DNA of 64,000 nucleotides, taken from NCBI GenBank assembly GCA_044892525.1, contig CM097887.1, positions 20,522,001 to 20,586,000 of the forward strand, in the 5' to 3' direction. The stretch is from Schmidtea polychroa (lineage: Eukaryota). The translations under genes were made by a program, and so were the position numbers. Shown piece by piece: positions 63,581 through 64,000 of the stretch. How positions within the stretch are numbered: position 1 is the first letter of the stretch; each line of letters starts with the position of its first letter. Below the pieces are notes generated by a model, which was not told the origin of the DNA, did not search any database, and saw nothing but the letters and a program-made list of their open reading frames with translations.

Positions 63581-64000
63581 TGTTGGGTATTTTGTGTAAG
63601 TCGGTATTACAGTCTGACTCTTTGGTGTTCTTTTCAAAATAAATAAACGACCCAACACAAATTCTTTATTTAAGATCGATATAGTTACACTTTAGTTACA
63701 CTTTTTATTAATTCAACCAAACTTGATACAACCTGCACTTTTCATATACTATCAATCTCGCGCAGGGATAAATCTTCCAACGGGAGATGTCCCTTTCTGG
63801 TACTTTCGATTTAAATTATTTATTTGTTACTAACTTTAACGCTATCTGATGGCTCTCGCTAAACTTCCTTTTTTCTTTTTCTTCGACCAACTGTCAATTT
63901 TGTTTTCTTGCCAGTTGCTTTTATACCCACTTGGTAATTGATTTTATTTTGACAAATTAATCTAGATCTAACTTTCCCCCGGGCTTCCTCTTGTAGCTCT
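63581..64000 (-). mobile_element. Third copy of the LTR family, running off the window end
   Basis: Highly similar to 43685-44110, starting TGTTGGGTATTTTGTGTAAGTCGG. Confidence 0.85.

Noticed and set aside
1-64000. CRISPR arrays, operons or bacterial defence systems
   Set aside because: No regularly spaced repeat-spacer array is present. The genes are spliceosomal and eukaryotic, and the ORF track's TTG/GTG starts are artefacts.

Overview
Very AT-rich eukaryotic DNA, not prokaryotic. Most short ORFs in the supplied track are spurious or are transposon fragments. Confident host genes: an intronless 26S proteasome subunit RPN2/PSMD1 (minus), a 4-exon D-aminoacyl-tRNA deacylase DTD1, a 3-exon 14-3-3, and an intronless RING-finger protein built from two copies of an unrecognised helical domain. 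Several weaker spliced gene or pseudogene models with 38-125 nt introns and an actin pseudogene are also present. The tiny introns, intron positions matching those I recall for human DTD1 and 14-3-3, and a TTAGGG tract point to a compact-intron animal; a myxozoan-type parasitic cnidarian is plausible but is inference only. The rest is a transposon graveyard: many hAT elements and MITEs (several with intact TIRs and 8-bp TSDs), pogo/Tigger, Tc1, mariner, IS630-like, a complete Merlin, two REL-type non-LTR retrotransposons, solo LTRs and tRNA-like SINE heads. The most notable observations are Maverick/Polinton (adintovirus-like) capsid-gene remnants at two loci, the duplicated-domain RING protein, a hAT with a Mu-killer-like internal hairpin rearrangement, and a Merlin inserted into a 53-nt intron. 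All homology calls come from manual translation and motif recall; no searches were run.
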